Shown: positions 10,721 through 20,723 of the stretch, one piece after another
Layout of the letters: each line of letters opens with the position of its first letter
How positions within the stretch are numbered: the stretch's first letter is position 1
NCBI GenBank assembly: GCA_037137755.1
Contig: JBAXJR010000018.1
Span: 1-44,936, forward strand
Origin: Methanomicrobiales archaeon
GTDB lineage: Archaea; Halobacteriota; Methanomicrobia; Methanomicrobiales; Methanospirillaceae
Reading direction: 5' to 3'
DNA: 44,936 nucleotides
Notes under the pieces: generated by a model
The model's input: the letters and a program-made list of their open reading frames with translations, nothing else
What the model was told of the DNA's origin: nothing
The model's database searches: none
Position numbers and translations under genes: made by a program

Positions 10721-11284
10721 TTATTCATGTTTAACCCACAGATAAGCGGAGATTGCTATAATCATAATTGCCACTGCAGCACCGAATTCCAATATACCCA
10801 TTCCTTTGATGTGGGTCAGGGCCACCCCAAGGAAAAGGACGGCTAATGCAATAACAATAAGTCCGAGAAGCTTGGTTTTCAAATCGTCGAGGGTACGAAT
10901 TTCCACCCAGCCTGGGAGCGGTGCTTTGGCGATAAAGAGCTCATACAGCCCCATTGAAATCAGGTAAAAGACAGTCGCAACGAGAAATATATCAATGATT
11001 TCTATTGATGTTGCGAGAAATACCTGGACCGTCTCCATCGCCAGAGCAGTCTCCATCGTAAACCTGAAACCTGATATTGCGGCCCAAACCCCGGTAAGAC
11101 TCAGGAGGAACCCGTAAATGAAAAGGACCGCCGAAATGATCCCGGTGCCAATGATAGCCAGGCTGAACAGCCATTTGCTGCCTATTGCCATGGACTGGAT
11201 AAAGGAGTGAACACCACCTTTTTCCTGGCAGTTATTTTGTGATCCGTTGTTGCCGTCAGGGGGATTTATGTCATCGTTTTTCAT
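10721..11284 (-). CDS. yqhA: YqhA / UPF0114 family membrane protein
   Basis: 'IEIIDIFLVATVFYLISMGLYELFI...LPGWVEIRTLDDLKTKL' is the family signature. Confidence 0.88.
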   Translation of the reverse strand: MKNDDINPPDGNNGSQNNCQEKGGVHSFIQSMAIGSKWLFSLAIIGTGIISAVLFIYGFLLSLTGVWAAISGFRFTMETALAMETVQVFLATSIEIIDIFLVATVFYLISMGLYELFIAKAPLPGWVEIRTLDDLKTKLLGLIVIALAVLFLGVALTHIKGMGILEFGAAVAIMIIAISAYLWVKHE

Positions 11285-11499
11285 TTTTTTCGCTCTGAAT
11301 GATTAATCTCTCTAAATTTAACTATTACGATTTCTGATTTTGGGGTTTTGGGTTATCCCGGAAAAATGCCTGCAGGGATTATTTTTTCGGGGCCCTGATG
11401 ATGATGAACAGATCACTCAATATTCTAAAAAATAATTTTTGGAATCCGGTTACAACTACTTCGGGATCCCTTAAGGCATCCTTGGTACCAGGCAGTTTT

Positions 11500-12414
11500 T
11501 TATTTGCGATTTATATCCCTGATCGATTTCCAGAAGAAGAACCCGACTATTACAAAGGTAATTACCGGTGAGACCCAGGCCGGAATGCCTACCCCGAAAC
11601 TGTCCAGGATCATGATGACACCAAGGAAAAATATTGAGTACATCGCACCATTTTTGAGATAATGGTATTTTTTCACTGTTTCTGTATTGGATACCGTGAT
11701 CTGCCGGACAATGACAGCCCCGATGCCACAACCGATCATAATAAGGGGAACGGACATGGTAAAAGCGAAGGCCCCAACCACGCTATCGATTGAGAACGTG
11801 GCGTCGATGACCTCGAGGTAAAAAAGTTTTGACATATCCGTCATATCGCCACCGAGCATGCGGCGTTCCTGCTCTTCTGCATTCTGCCTGAATCCATGCA
11901 CGATGAAAAATGCAGTAGAGCCGATACATGCGGCGAATGCCATCATGGGATCGACACCCAGCGCGAACCAGACAATCAGCGCAAGCAGTATCGATATGAC
12001 GGCATAAAACCAGACACCCTTTGATGCGATGTATTTCTCGATGGAAAGGCCGTAATATTTCGTCTCGAGGAAAAGCCAGGAGAAAAACAGCAATATAAGG
12101 AACGTCCCACCGCCGATCAGGAGGACTTTTGTCGAGTCCTCGATCACCTGAGCAACTGCAGGATCGCTTGAAAATGTCGCTGTCAGTGCACCTATCGGAC
12201 CCAGGGAGGGGTTTGCTAAATATACTATCAGCCAGGGTAGTGTAAACCTGATAATAAAAACAGATATTATCATGCCCCATGTTAGGAACCATCTCTTGGC
12301 GCGGGCTCCCATCGTATTGAGGACTTCTGCATTGATAATGGCGTTATCAATACTGGTAATAGTCTCAAACAGTACCAGGCCGGCAATGGTAAGGATGGCT
12401 ACGGCGAGATCCAT
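11500..12414 (-). CDS. DUF475 family (TerC-related) integral membrane protein
   Basis: 'LFETITSIDNAIINA', 'FYLEVIDATFSIDSVVGAFAFT' and 'YLKNGAMYSI' match the TerC/DUF475 repeated acidic motifs. Confidence 0.88.
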   Translation of the reverse strand: MDLAVAILTIAGLVLFETITSIDNAIINAEVLNTMGARAKRWFLTWGMIISVFIIRFTLPWLIVYLANPSLGPIGALTATFSSDPAVAQVIEDSTKVLLIGGGTFLILLFFSWLFLETKYYGLSIEKYIASKGVWFYAVISILLALIVWFALGVDPMMAFAACIGSTAFFIVHGFRQNAEEQERRMLGGDMTDMSKLFYLEVIDATFSIDSVVGAFAFTMSVPLIMIGCGIGAVIVRQITVSNTETVKKYHYLKNGAMYSIFFLGVIMILDSFGVGIPAWVSPVITFVIVGFFFWKSIRDINRK

Positions 12415-12681
12415 GAGTTTAATTTTGCTTTAATCCTAGAAATACTATAATGATAATGGCTGGAAGCCGGGAACACTAGCGCCTGTGATTTCTTGTTGTA
12501 TTGGAGAAATCATCCCGGTATTGTTTTTTCCCCTATATCTTTCGAGAGAAATCCTTTTTCCGGTGAAAAATTCATGATCCGCTCATACAGGGCATTGTTG
12601 AAACCCGGGAACGATGTCGAAACGGTAAGTTTTCAATAATCCTTGTACCATAATGAGATAGCACCGATTGGAAAGGTACCC

Positions 12682-13380
12682 ATGGGTTTATTATCGCTCT
12701 TGAAATTCGCTGGGACCAGCAGCCCTGATAAAAATGCCGGGATAGAACCCGATAAGCGGAAACAGAGAAGTCAAAGGATTATTGAGATTGTGATACTCCT
12801 GCTTCTTGCAACAGCAACCGTAGCTTCAGCGTGGTGCGTATACGAGGCCTCTGCATGGGGTAATGTCCAGATGGAGAATGTGGGTGCTATAGCTCTCTCG
12901 CAGGGAGAATCGATTCGCCTTACCGATAATGACAATATGTTACGGACAATCGATGTAAACCTCTTCCTTTCATGGGTCCAGGCGGCAAGTGAAAACCAGA
13001 CAGGGAGAATGGTTTTTCTCGAGGACCGTTTCCGTGATGAATTCAGGCCGGCTTTCAATGAATGGTTACGGGGTGCAAAACCAGGGGAGGTCCCCCCGGG
13101 AACACCTTTTTCGTTACAGAGCTATTCCCTTAAAACGAGCCGCGACCTGGAACAGGTGAAGATCAGCATGTCGGCAAGCCTTGACAACGTCCGGCAGGCG
13201 AACGCGAACAGTGACAGCTACGTCCTCACCACCGTGTTTGGTGCATTGGTGTTATTCTTCGCGGGAGTCTCCGGAAAGTGGAAATGGCCGGTGATTACCT
13301 TAATTTTCATCGGGATTGCGATGATATTCCTGGTAATTGTCCTGCAGCGGGTTTTTACACTGCCCGTCATAATAACCTGA
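12682..13380 (+). CDS. Hypothetical 3-TM membrane protein with an extracellular helical loop
   Basis: ORF track 12643-13380 starts at TTG; ATG at 12682 is preferred. One N-terminal TM ('LLLLATATVASAWCVYEASAW'), a soluble loop and two C-terminal TMs. Confidence 0.8.
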   Translation: MGLLSLLKFAGTSSPDKNAGIEPDKRKQRSQRIIEIVILLLLATATVASAWCVYEASAWGNVQMENVGAIALSQGESIRLTDNDNMLRTIDVNLFLSWVQAASENQTGRMVFLEDRFRDEFRPAFNEWLRGAKPGEVPPGTPFSLQSYSLKTSRDLEQVKISMSASLDNVRQANANSDSYVLTTVFGALVLFFAGVSGKWKWPVITLIFIGIAMIFLVIVLQRVFTLPVIIT

Positions 13381-13527
13381 TATTCTTTCTCCCGCGAAGA
13401 TTTTGGTAACGTGTTTACATGAATTATTACCGGATTTTCGATTGTGCAGACCGCAGGGAATAGGTCTATTTATAATGACTGTCATGATTGATACAGACGA
13501 CATAGTTCATTTCGAGGGTGAGAATGC

Positions 13528-14931
13528 GTGAAAAACAAGACAACCGTCAAGCGCGATGCATATGGCATTACACGGTTTATTACGGAATATAAAACGTCTG
13601 AACAGCGGCGGCAGGAAGGAAAAGCCCTGAGGGAAGCAATCCCACGGGTTTCACACGGCGAATTCGACCCGCCGACTGACCGGCCGGACCCGGTTGAAGT
13701 AATAACAGAATCGAGTAAAGGAAGGCTCGAACACTTAATCCCCATCCGCTACGGACGCATGTCAAAAAATGTCTTCGCCTTCTTCCGGGGATCTGCTTCA
13801 TTGAATGCCTTAGATATTGCCGGGACACCGACGACCGACCTCAGGGTCCAGGCATGTGGGGATTGCCACCTCTCCAATTTTGGCCTGTTCGCGACGCCTG
13901 AGCGAAACCTGATTTTCGATATCAATGATTTCGATGAGACCCTCCCTGCACCATTTGAGTATGATATCAAGCGCCTGGGAGCTAGTTTTTGTATTGCAGG
14001 CCTCAATAATGGTTTTTCAGACAAAGAGTCCAGAAATATCACGAGGAGTTGTGTCCGGTCATATCGTGAGGCGATGCTGAAATTCTCCACGATGAATGTG
14101 CTTGATGTGTGGTATGCCCGGCTTGACATGGATTCGATCGTTGCATCGGCGCCGGATGCCGAAGCGAAGCGCAACCGCCAGAGAATTGCCCAGCAGGCCC
14201 GGGCAAGCGTAACAGAATATGTATTTCCAAAAATTACCAAGGTCCAAAATGGAAGGCGGCTCATTAAAGACGAACTCCCGGTGGTATACCATCCAACGGA
14301 TGAGGATGTCGACCCCAAGTTTTTCCTTGAAGCCCTGGAAAACTATCGCGAAACCCTGCCACATGAACGCCGGGTACTGTTTGACCGTTACCGGATTGAG
14401 GACCTCGCCTACAAAGTCGTAGGGGTTGGCAGCGTCGGTATGCGGTGTGGTGTTGTGCTCATGATGGCAGAAGAGAATGACCCCCTGCTTCTCCAGGTGA
14501 AAGAAGCACGTCCTTCCGTCCTTGAGTCCTATGCAGGAAAAAGTGAATTCAGCAACCCCGGGCAACGTGTCGTTGTTGGCCAGCGCCTGATGCAGTCGGC
14601 GAGTGATTTGATGCTCGGGTGGACGACGGGCAAAAAGGGACTCCATTTTTATATCCGCCAGCTCCGGGATATGAAATTCTCCCTGGATGTTACCACTATG
14701 AGTCCTCTCCAGCTATCCCGGTATGCCGAAGTATGTGGCTGGACCCTGGCCCGTGCTCATGCACGTTCAGGTGACGCCTCGATGATCTCGGGATACCTCG
14801 GGAAAACGGATGTGTTTGACAAGGCTATCGGGACGTTTGCGGGTCTCTATGCGTACCAGGCCGAACATGATTGTGAAAGGTTCCTCGAAGCAATACAATC
14901 GGGTGAAATCACTGCTGATTACGAGAAATAG
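13528..14931 (+). CDS. DUF2252 family protein (putative kinase-like fold)
   Basis: 'LIPIRYGRM..FAFFRGSA', 'CGDCHLSNFG', 'FDINDFDET', 'KVVGVGSVG', 'FYIRQLRDMK', 'LARAHARSGD'. GTG start with GAGGGTGA upstream. Confidence 0.93.
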   Translation: MKNKTTVKRDAYGITRFITEYKTSEQRRQEGKALREAIPRVSHGEFDPPTDRPDPVEVITESSKGRLEHLIPIRYGRMSKNVFAFFRGSASLNALDIAGTPTTDLRVQACGDCHLSNFGLFATPERNLIFDINDFDETLPAPFEYDIKRLGASFCIAGLNNGFSDKESRNITRSCVRSYREAMLKFSTMNVLDVWYARLDMDSIVASAPDAEAKRNRQRIAQQARASVTEYVFPKITKVQNGRRLIKDELPVVYHPTDEDVDPKFFLEALENYRETLPHERRVLFDRYRIEDLAYKVVGVGSVGMRCGVVLMMAEENDPLLLQVKEARPSVLESYAGKSEFSNPGQRVVVGQRLMQSASDLMLGWTTGKKGLHFYIRQLRDMKFSLDVTTMSPLQLSRYAEVCGWTLARAHARSGDASMISGYLGKTDVFDKAIGTFAGLYAYQAEHDCERFLEAIQSGEITADYEK

Positions 14932-15047
14932 ATTAGATCATACCTTTTTGTCATGAAAATTGCAAATCCAACAACGATGCGGGCGTAAAATAATTGGACA
15001 TTCATATTTTCATTGGTTCGGTGTGATGCCCAAGGGCTTCATGTCAG

Positions 15048-15092
15048 TTTTTTTTAAAAAAAAGATGAACCTGGCCGGTTTTCGGGCAGGTT
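15048..15092. terminator. Probable terminator between the convergent DUF2252 and HdeD genes
   Basis: Hairpin aacctg-g-ccg-gtttt-cgg-g-caggtt (15068-15092) overlapping the HdeD stop, next to a T8/A8 tract (15048-15063). Confidence 0.55.
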
Positions 15093-15648
15093 ACGCGGTC
15101 TGGCCCTTGAGCATGAAAGCGCCAATAATGGCAGCAATTCCACCGATAATACCGAATACCCCGAGGATAAACGGCAGCATCAGGACGCTGACAACCGGGT
15201 TGGCAAGGATTAAACAGCCGAAGATAATCAGGAGGATACCGATAATACCGGCACCCCATCCACCACCCTTAATGGCTGCGAAGATGCCCATGAATCCCAT
15301 GATAAGGCCCCACACGCCCACGAAGATGATGAAGATGTACGGAACGACGAACGTACTGTACAACGGGTAGGTCAGGATAGCGATTCCGGCAATAATACCG
15401 AGGATACCAAAGAGGAGCTTCCAACCCGCATTCGTACGATCAACAAACAGGCTTATGAGACCAAAAAGGCCGCTGATAAACCAGTACGCACCGAGGAAGG
15501 TGACCAGCACCAGGAGTGTCCCGTACGGGTAGTAAAGCAGGAATATCCCCAGGATCAAGGTAACAAGTCCCTGGATGAGTACAAGCCACCAGGGGAACAG
15601 GTGTGTTCCCGGGGTCACGTTGAGCGAAGGAGTCATTGTTTCAGACAT
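15091..15648 (-). CDS. HdeD / DUF308 family acid-resistance membrane protein
   Basis: 'PWWLVLIQGLVTLILGIFLLYYP' followed by repeated G-rich TM hairpins ending in Pro (DUF308 repeats). Confidence 0.88.
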   Translation of the reverse strand: MSETMTPSLNVTPGTHLFPWWLVLIQGLVTLILGIFLLYYPYGTLLVLVTFLGAYWFISGLFGLISLFVDRTNAGWKLLFGILGIIAGIAILTYPLYSTFVVPYIFIIFVGVWGLIMGFMGIFAAIKGGGWGAGIIGILLIIFGCLILANPVVSVLMLPFILGVFGIIGGIAAIIGAFMLKGQTA

Positions 15649-15942
15649 AAAAATACCAGCAGTATCTTCATCTGCACTCCTGATTAAGATTTCTGAATTA
15701 TTAAGGTCTCTTTTATCGCCGGTCTTCCTCGAATCGCAGAATTTTTAATGACTCTTTCTTCTTTCCGGGGGTTATCCGGAATGATAACAGGCTGCCCTTT
15801 TAAGCCAATGGGGGGTTATGATGGATAGTCATCGGGACGTAAGACTGCCATCCTCGTTTTTTACCCACCGGTAACGCAGCCACTTCTGCAACTCCAGTCC
15901 ATGGAAATCGGTTATCTTAATTCCGGCGTGTAAGGGACGGTC

Positions 15943-16509
15943 CTAGTACGTCTGCCGTATGATCACGTTCACCCGGGTCAGTTTTTCATATACCCGGTAT
16001 TTTCTCCAGAGTTTTCGCCAGTCATAAACGAAATACTCGTACGTATCCCAGATAGTCACCCAGTTGATGATCACGAAGACACCGAAAATAAGGGTTGAGA
16101 TAAACGATGGTATGGGATTTTGAAAATATAGGTAGAACACAACGATGCCGATACATGCGTTCATCAGGGCGAGAAGGACACTTACCTGCCCCTCTCTCCA
16201 TGAAGACTTTTTTTCGCGTGCCAGGTCATCCAGGCGGAAAGAGAAATGACGTCTCACGGCATTCGCCAGTTGATCTTCACCATCAGGGGACACACTGCCA
16301 CGTGGGATATGCAGTATGAGATCAACATCTTTCCGGAGATACAAATCGATGACCGCCTCAAATATTGAATTTTCAGCCAAATCCGTCAATTCCTTTTCCG
16401 GAAACGGAAACGGATCGGACGCATCGAACAGCTGGTCAAGCGTTTTAAACCACAGGTCAATGGCAACCTTTCCTTCGGTCCGGGTTTTTGCAATTTTGAT
16501 CTCTTTCAT
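15943..16509 (-). CDS. Hypothetical protein with 2 C-terminal TM helices; paralog of 6158-6757
   Basis: Clean ORF with AGGTG upstream; shares motifs with 6158-6757. Confidence 0.85.
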   Translation of the reverse strand: MKEIKIAKTRTEGKVAIDLWFKTLDQLFDASDPFPFPEKELTDLAENSIFEAVIDLYLRKDVDLILHIPRGSVSPDGEDQLANAVRRHFSFRLDDLAREKKSSWREGQVSVLLALMNACIGIVVFYLYFQNPIPSFISTLIFGVFVIINWVTIWDTYEYFVYDWRKLWRKYRVYEKLTRVNVIIRQTY

Positions 16510-17100
16510 ATCGACACCTGATAACTACGCCGTACAGGCACAAATATCGTATAGAGTATAGTGATGCAGCGACGTATATCAATTCAGGCACGTCCGGTGC
16601 CGGTAACAATGTTCCTGAATTATTGTACACTCGTTGAGAGTCAAAATTTCATTTTTGGAATTCCGCCGTGCATTACTTACAAATAACGAAAATACGCCCT
16701 GATTTACGAGAGATTTCCCTTATGCTATAATCACACCTGTAAAATCCCTAACCTGTTTTAATTTCCCCCGGTTCTCGTTTCTTTAAATCGCCCGCATTAG
16801 CCCCATTTTTTACAGGTACCCTATTCCGTTGATTATTGCGGTTTTATTACTAAAAAACCGTTAATATGCCATTATTTTGCCCTTATTGTTTTCCGTATCC
16901 CAAAAATACCACAGTTTCCACGTTGGAATTTCTGTGTTGTTTCGTCACATCCCTTCCATTTCACCTCATGGATCTCAACCGATTAACGCTAATTACCATT
17001 CTGCACACCCGAAGGTGTCAAGCATATAACAAACAGTCTGCCTTTACCCCAACGTAAGATAGCAGATCAAGTAATACCAGTTGAGGCAGGAGAAAACATC

Positions 17101-17175
17101 ATGGGATTACTAAAAAAGGTTGTTGCCGTAAAGACAGTTAAAGGACACGTAGACGCCAAGGAAGAGAAAAAGTAA
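17101..17175 (+). CDS. Putative 24-aa basic microprotein MGLLKKVVAVKTVKGHVDAKEEKK
   Basis: Below the ORF-track cutoff. GAGGCAGGAG RBS ~8 nt upstream, TATA-like 'catataac' near 17023, stop immediately followed by T6, then hairpin cccgga-ggtat-tccggg and a T-rich tract. Confidence 0.65.
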   Translation: MGLLKKVVAVKTVKGHVDAKEEKK

Positions 17176-17286
17176 TTTTTTGCACCACCCCGGAGGTATT
17201 CCGGGATTTTCTTCTTTTAACATCCTTTAAAAAAGCTGGAACGGTTTCTGGCGGAAAGGTACCCAGGCCCATGGACAACTCATCAT

Positions 17287-17823
17287 CTACGAACCCGCAG
17301 TTTGCCATAACAGATCCGTATCGACATTATAGGTCCAGGGAGAGCCGGAGTTCTTCCAGCCGTTCCTCATCCGCTTTCCGTGATACATGCTTCCGGTGTC
17401 ATCAACCTTGTCCCCTTCCATACCATCGATGATGTTGTAGACATTCACAAACCCGGCCTTGGCAAGGGCGTTGACTGCCATGGCACTACGGGCCCCGGAC
17501 CGGCACATGACAAGGAGTGTTTCGCTCGGCACGAAGAAACGCTTCACTTCGGATAAGAAATCGGGGTTAGGCACCATCACGAACTCTTTCATGTCGGCGT
17601 TCCACTCGTGCGTAACGAAGAGAAAGGGAATATTCCTCGCCATTTCCGCATGACCTACGAAAACGTACTCTTCAGGGGTACGGACATCGAGGATGCTGAC
17701 CCGGACCGGTTCATTCCTCCACATCTCGTACGCTTCTTGTGCTATCAGATAAAGCCCGAGGCTTGTTTTTTTCCTTTCAGGCACCTGGTTGATCTTTGAT
17801 GATAATCCTTCATTCGTCGTCAT
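17287..17823 (-). CDS. Rhodanese-like domain protein (putative sulfurtransferase)
   Basis: 'ILDVRTPEEY..VGH', active loop 'CRSGARS', 'GFVNVYNIIDGMEG...GWK'. Confidence 0.93.
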   Translation of the reverse strand: MTTNEGLSSKINQVPERKKTSLGLYLIAQEAYEMWRNEPVRVSILDVRTPEEYVFVGHAEMARNIPFLFVTHEWNADMKEFVMVPNPDFLSEVKRFFVPSETLLVMCRSGARSAMAVNALAKAGFVNVYNIIDGMEGDKVDDTGSMYHGKRMRNGWKNSGSPWTYNVDTDLLWQTAGS

Positions 17824-17965
17824 GATAGTGTCTTCACCAGACTTTTGGGGTTTGCAACCAGGACGTTATCGCGAGACCTCCAACAGCGCCCCGACCCTTG
17901 TTCAGTTTCAAACCAGTTGATTGCTGCCCGAAAACCGGTTTGCCAGAAAGCCGGATTGCTGGATC

Positions 17966-18490
17966 CTATGTCACAATACCCAATGTAACCAGCATGAAGA
18001 AAGCGGCAACAAGTGAAAATCCGAATACCGTGCAGAGAATCGAGAGCCATTTGTTCCACCGGAGTACCCAGGCAATCATCGGGGTGGAATAAAGCCCGAG
18101 TCCGGGGATCCACGAGATAAAAATACAGGCGAATGCGCCATATTTTTGAAATTTCTTCAACTTACTCATCTTCTGCTCAGTCTTGTCCAGCCATCCCTTA
18201 ACCTTTGGTGAGGTTAATGCCATGGTATCAAGTATTTCATATATCCCGAGGACCATTCCGAGAGCAAAACAGATCATTACCGCCATGATTATTTCCGGGG
18301 GCAGGCCTAGCCCGACACCGACGGGGGATGCCGTTGCCTGCAGGGCTAACGTAGCAGCAATCAATGCCAGTAGTAACCCGGGAGAAATGCCAAAAATATA
18401 GCCAATAATAAGAGGGAGGGCAATTCCAATCCCAATGATGATCATGAGTGCCTTGGCGAGTTGTCTCAGGATTGCGAAATATTTGTTCAC
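17966..18490 (-). CDS. Putative small multi-drug export family membrane protein
   Basis: ORF track starts at 18565; GTG at 18490 is more plausible. 'KYGAFACIFISWIPGLGLYSTPMIAWVLRW' motif; paralogous to the N-terminus of 20724-22103. Confidence 0.75.
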   Translation of the reverse strand: MNKYFAILRQLAKALMIIIGIGIALPLIIGYIFGISPGLLLALIAATLALQATASPVGVGLGLPPEIIMAVMICFALGMVLGIYEILDTMALTSPKVKGWLDKTEQKMSKLKKFQKYGAFACIFISWIPGLGLYSTPMIAWVLRWNKWLSILCTVFGFSLVAAFFMLVTLGIVT

Positions 18491-18781
18491 GTGTAAAACA
18501 ATTTGTAATCTGATTGTTAATAACAATTTAGGAAAAATCGGGGCATGATGAGATCTGATCATCAAACATTAATTCCTCTCATTTTTTTCATCGCTCACAT
18601 GAGGGATTTCAACCTGTCCACCCAGAAGGGAAATGAACAAAATATTTTTCCAAAAGGTATTCACAATTTTTTCCTGGCTCCTGGTTTTTCCCCGGTTTCA
18701 ATAAGGACCAGAGAGTGAGGCGAGTGAGGCTATTAATAGGGGAAAAATCTCTTATTTGATTACGAACAGGAGATAGAGATC

Positions 18782-19663
18782 GTGACAACATTAGACGAAT
18801 TCCTCGGTCCGCTGAATAAGGGAGTATGGGAGGTAATCGTGCCAAAAGAATCGGTTACTGAACCCCTTGATTCTGGCTGGGTAAAATCACCGATTAATGT
18901 TCCTTCTCCGGGGACCATTGCAAGTTACCGGAAAGGACAATTCCATTGCCATGAACAACAGGCAGAATGGCACGTCCACCTTGACAACCATGACCCGAAG
19001 GTCCACCCCTACCTGCATCTCATCGATGATGCCCCCCTTCTCCTCATGATCGGGGATACCGTTGTCACCCTTATTGCCGGAACCCGGAAAAAGACGGGGG
19101 ATGAAAAAGAAATCCTGGACGGCCAGAAAAAGTCCTGGAAGGAACAGGTCCTTATCGGTATCCTTCTCATGCTCGTCGGGGTATTCATCATCGCAAACCC
19201 CTTGTTAATGTTTAAAGGCATCGTGAATCTCCTTGTCCCCCTGGCGATTATCGGTCTCGGGCTTGTCACTTCATGGCAAGGCATAGCATCCCATCCGTTC
19301 AGGGTCCTTCCCGGAGGTCTCTTATCTCGTGGTATCGGGATAATAGTTGCGGGAGTGATCGCATTTTACCTGCCCCTGGCACTATGGATAATTGTACTTC
19401 TCGGGATACTTGCACTATGGATGATTGCGAGTGCCATTATCCTGCTCTTCCGGGCGGGAAAAGGTCGTGCGGCAATTCCTGAGGGCTTTATAAGCAGGGT
19501 CCTCATTGCAATCATCTCACTCCTGCTCGGGGCCCTTATATTCTTCAACCCGAAGGGCGTGTTGCAGTTGCTCATGGTAATCGTCGGCATCATCGCCTTT
19601 TTGCTGGGGCTGATGCTGCTGGTTAACGGTACCAGGCTCAGAGGCAGGATGAAAAGAAAATAA
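18782..19663 (+). CDS. His-rich soluble domain fused to HdeD/DUF308 repeats
   Basis: About 110-aa N-domain containing 'FHCHE...WHVHLDNHDPKVHPYLHL', followed by 6 TM DUF308-like helices. GTG start after AGGAGA. Confidence 0.8.
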   Translation: MTTLDEFLGPLNKGVWEVIVPKESVTEPLDSGWVKSPINVPSPGTIASYRKGQFHCHEQQAEWHVHLDNHDPKVHPYLHLIDDAPLLLMIGDTVVTLIAGTRKKTGDEKEILDGQKKSWKEQVLIGILLMLVGVFIIANPLLMFKGIVNLLVPLAIIGLGLVTSWQGIASHPFRVLPGGLLSRGIGIIVAGVIAFYLPLALWIIVLLGILALWMIASAIILLFRAGKGRAAIPEGFISRVLIAIISLLLGALIFFNPKGVLQLLMVIVGIIAFLLGLMLLVNGTRLRGRMKRK

Positions 19664-19820
19664 TTTTTTGAATACTGGGTATTGACCCTGCCAGTCGGAT
19701 GGATCCTGCGGAACTACGATCCAGAAAACCCGTTTTCACGGACAGGAATATTAATATGTTATATTCGGCAGTAAGATATGCTGATGACTTCTTATATCGG
19801 AGTCATGCTGGTGGTGTAGT

Positions 19821-20285
19821 ATGACAACAAATGTACCTCAAAAAGCCAGCCGGATCATGGGTCCGGTGGACTATCTGGTCTTGAAATTTCCGGGGAACAA
19901 GTTTAGCGGGGAGATTGTTCCTGAACTTGCCAGGCTGGAACAAAATAAAACCATTCGAATTATCGACCTTGCTTTCGTTTTGAAAGACCAGAAAGGCAAT
20001 GTGTTGATTACGGAAGCAAAGAACCTCGGTGGGATGGAGGGAGATGCGTTCAGTGCATTTGCTGCAACAGCCAGCGAATGGTTCTCGATAGACGATATTG
20101 AAGCGATTGCCTCGGTCTTGCCAAACAATTGCTCGGCAGCTATCCTGTTGTACGAAAACACGTGGGCGATCCATTTAAAGGAAGGCCTCCTCAATTCAAA
20201 GGCGGAAATGGTAGATATGGGCCGTATCCCCCCCGAAATTGTCAGGAGTGTAGAGCAGAAGTTGATAGCACAGGGAGGTGTATGA
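19821..20285 (+). CDS. DUF6325 (DUF1269-like) family protein
   Basis: 'MGPVDYLVLKFPGNKFSGEIVPELARL...IRIIDLAFV.KD..G' and 'SAAILLYENTWA...GRIP'. Confidence 0.88.
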   Translation: MTTNVPQKASRIMGPVDYLVLKFPGNKFSGEIVPELARLEQNKTIRIIDLAFVLKDQKGNVLITEAKNLGGMEGDAFSAFAATASEWFSIDDIEAIASVLPNNCSAAILLYENTWAIHLKEGLLNSKAEMVDMGRIPPEIVRSVEQKLIAQGGV

Positions 20286-20286
20286 A

Positions 20287-20535
20287 ATGAGAGGAAGAGG
20301 ATTAATGCTCGTAGCAGGAATGAAAATGGGCCAGCAGCAGGCTGCGAAAGCTGGGGCACTGAAGGCAGAGGGTGCTGCACAAGCCCAGGCACAGGCGGCA
20401 GCAACCGCCCCGGCAGCCGGTGGTATGGACGATGCAACCATGGCACAGCTGCAAAAACTGGCAGAGCTTCATAACTCGGGTGTACTATCCGACGAAGAGT
20501 TCACTGCTGCCAAGAAGAAAGTCCTGGGTATGTAA
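20287..20535 (+). CDS. SHOCT domain protein
   Basis: ATG at 20287 after GGAGGTG, translationally coupled to the DUF6325 stop. Ala/Gln/Pro linker, then 'QLQKLAELHNSGVLSDEEFTAAKKKVL'. Confidence 0.92.
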   Translation: MRGRGLMLVAGMKMGQQQAAKAGALKAEGAAQAQAQAAATAPAAGGMDDATMAQLQKLAELHNSGVLSDEEFTAAKKKVLGM

Positions 20536-20723
20536 ACCCACAACAACTTTTTTTCACATTATTAACAGAAAGTTCCGGGGAGAATACGTCTCTCGCTTCA
20601 TCAGATTTGAGATTAAAACCCTGATCATTGCAGGGTTTTAATCGTGCCCGGGTATTCCCTGGCGGGTGCATCAGAATTTTTCAAATCCATTATTTAACTC
20701 ATCAATCACAATGACTAGATATC

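Noticed and set aside
9584-20662. Recurring CCGG-N7-CCGG-like palindromes in intergenic regions (near 9584, 15765, 17189, 20648) as an island regulator site
   Set aside because: CCGG is very frequent throughout this sequence, including coding regions, and the 17189 copy is better explained as a terminator hairpin. A background-corrected motif search would be needed.
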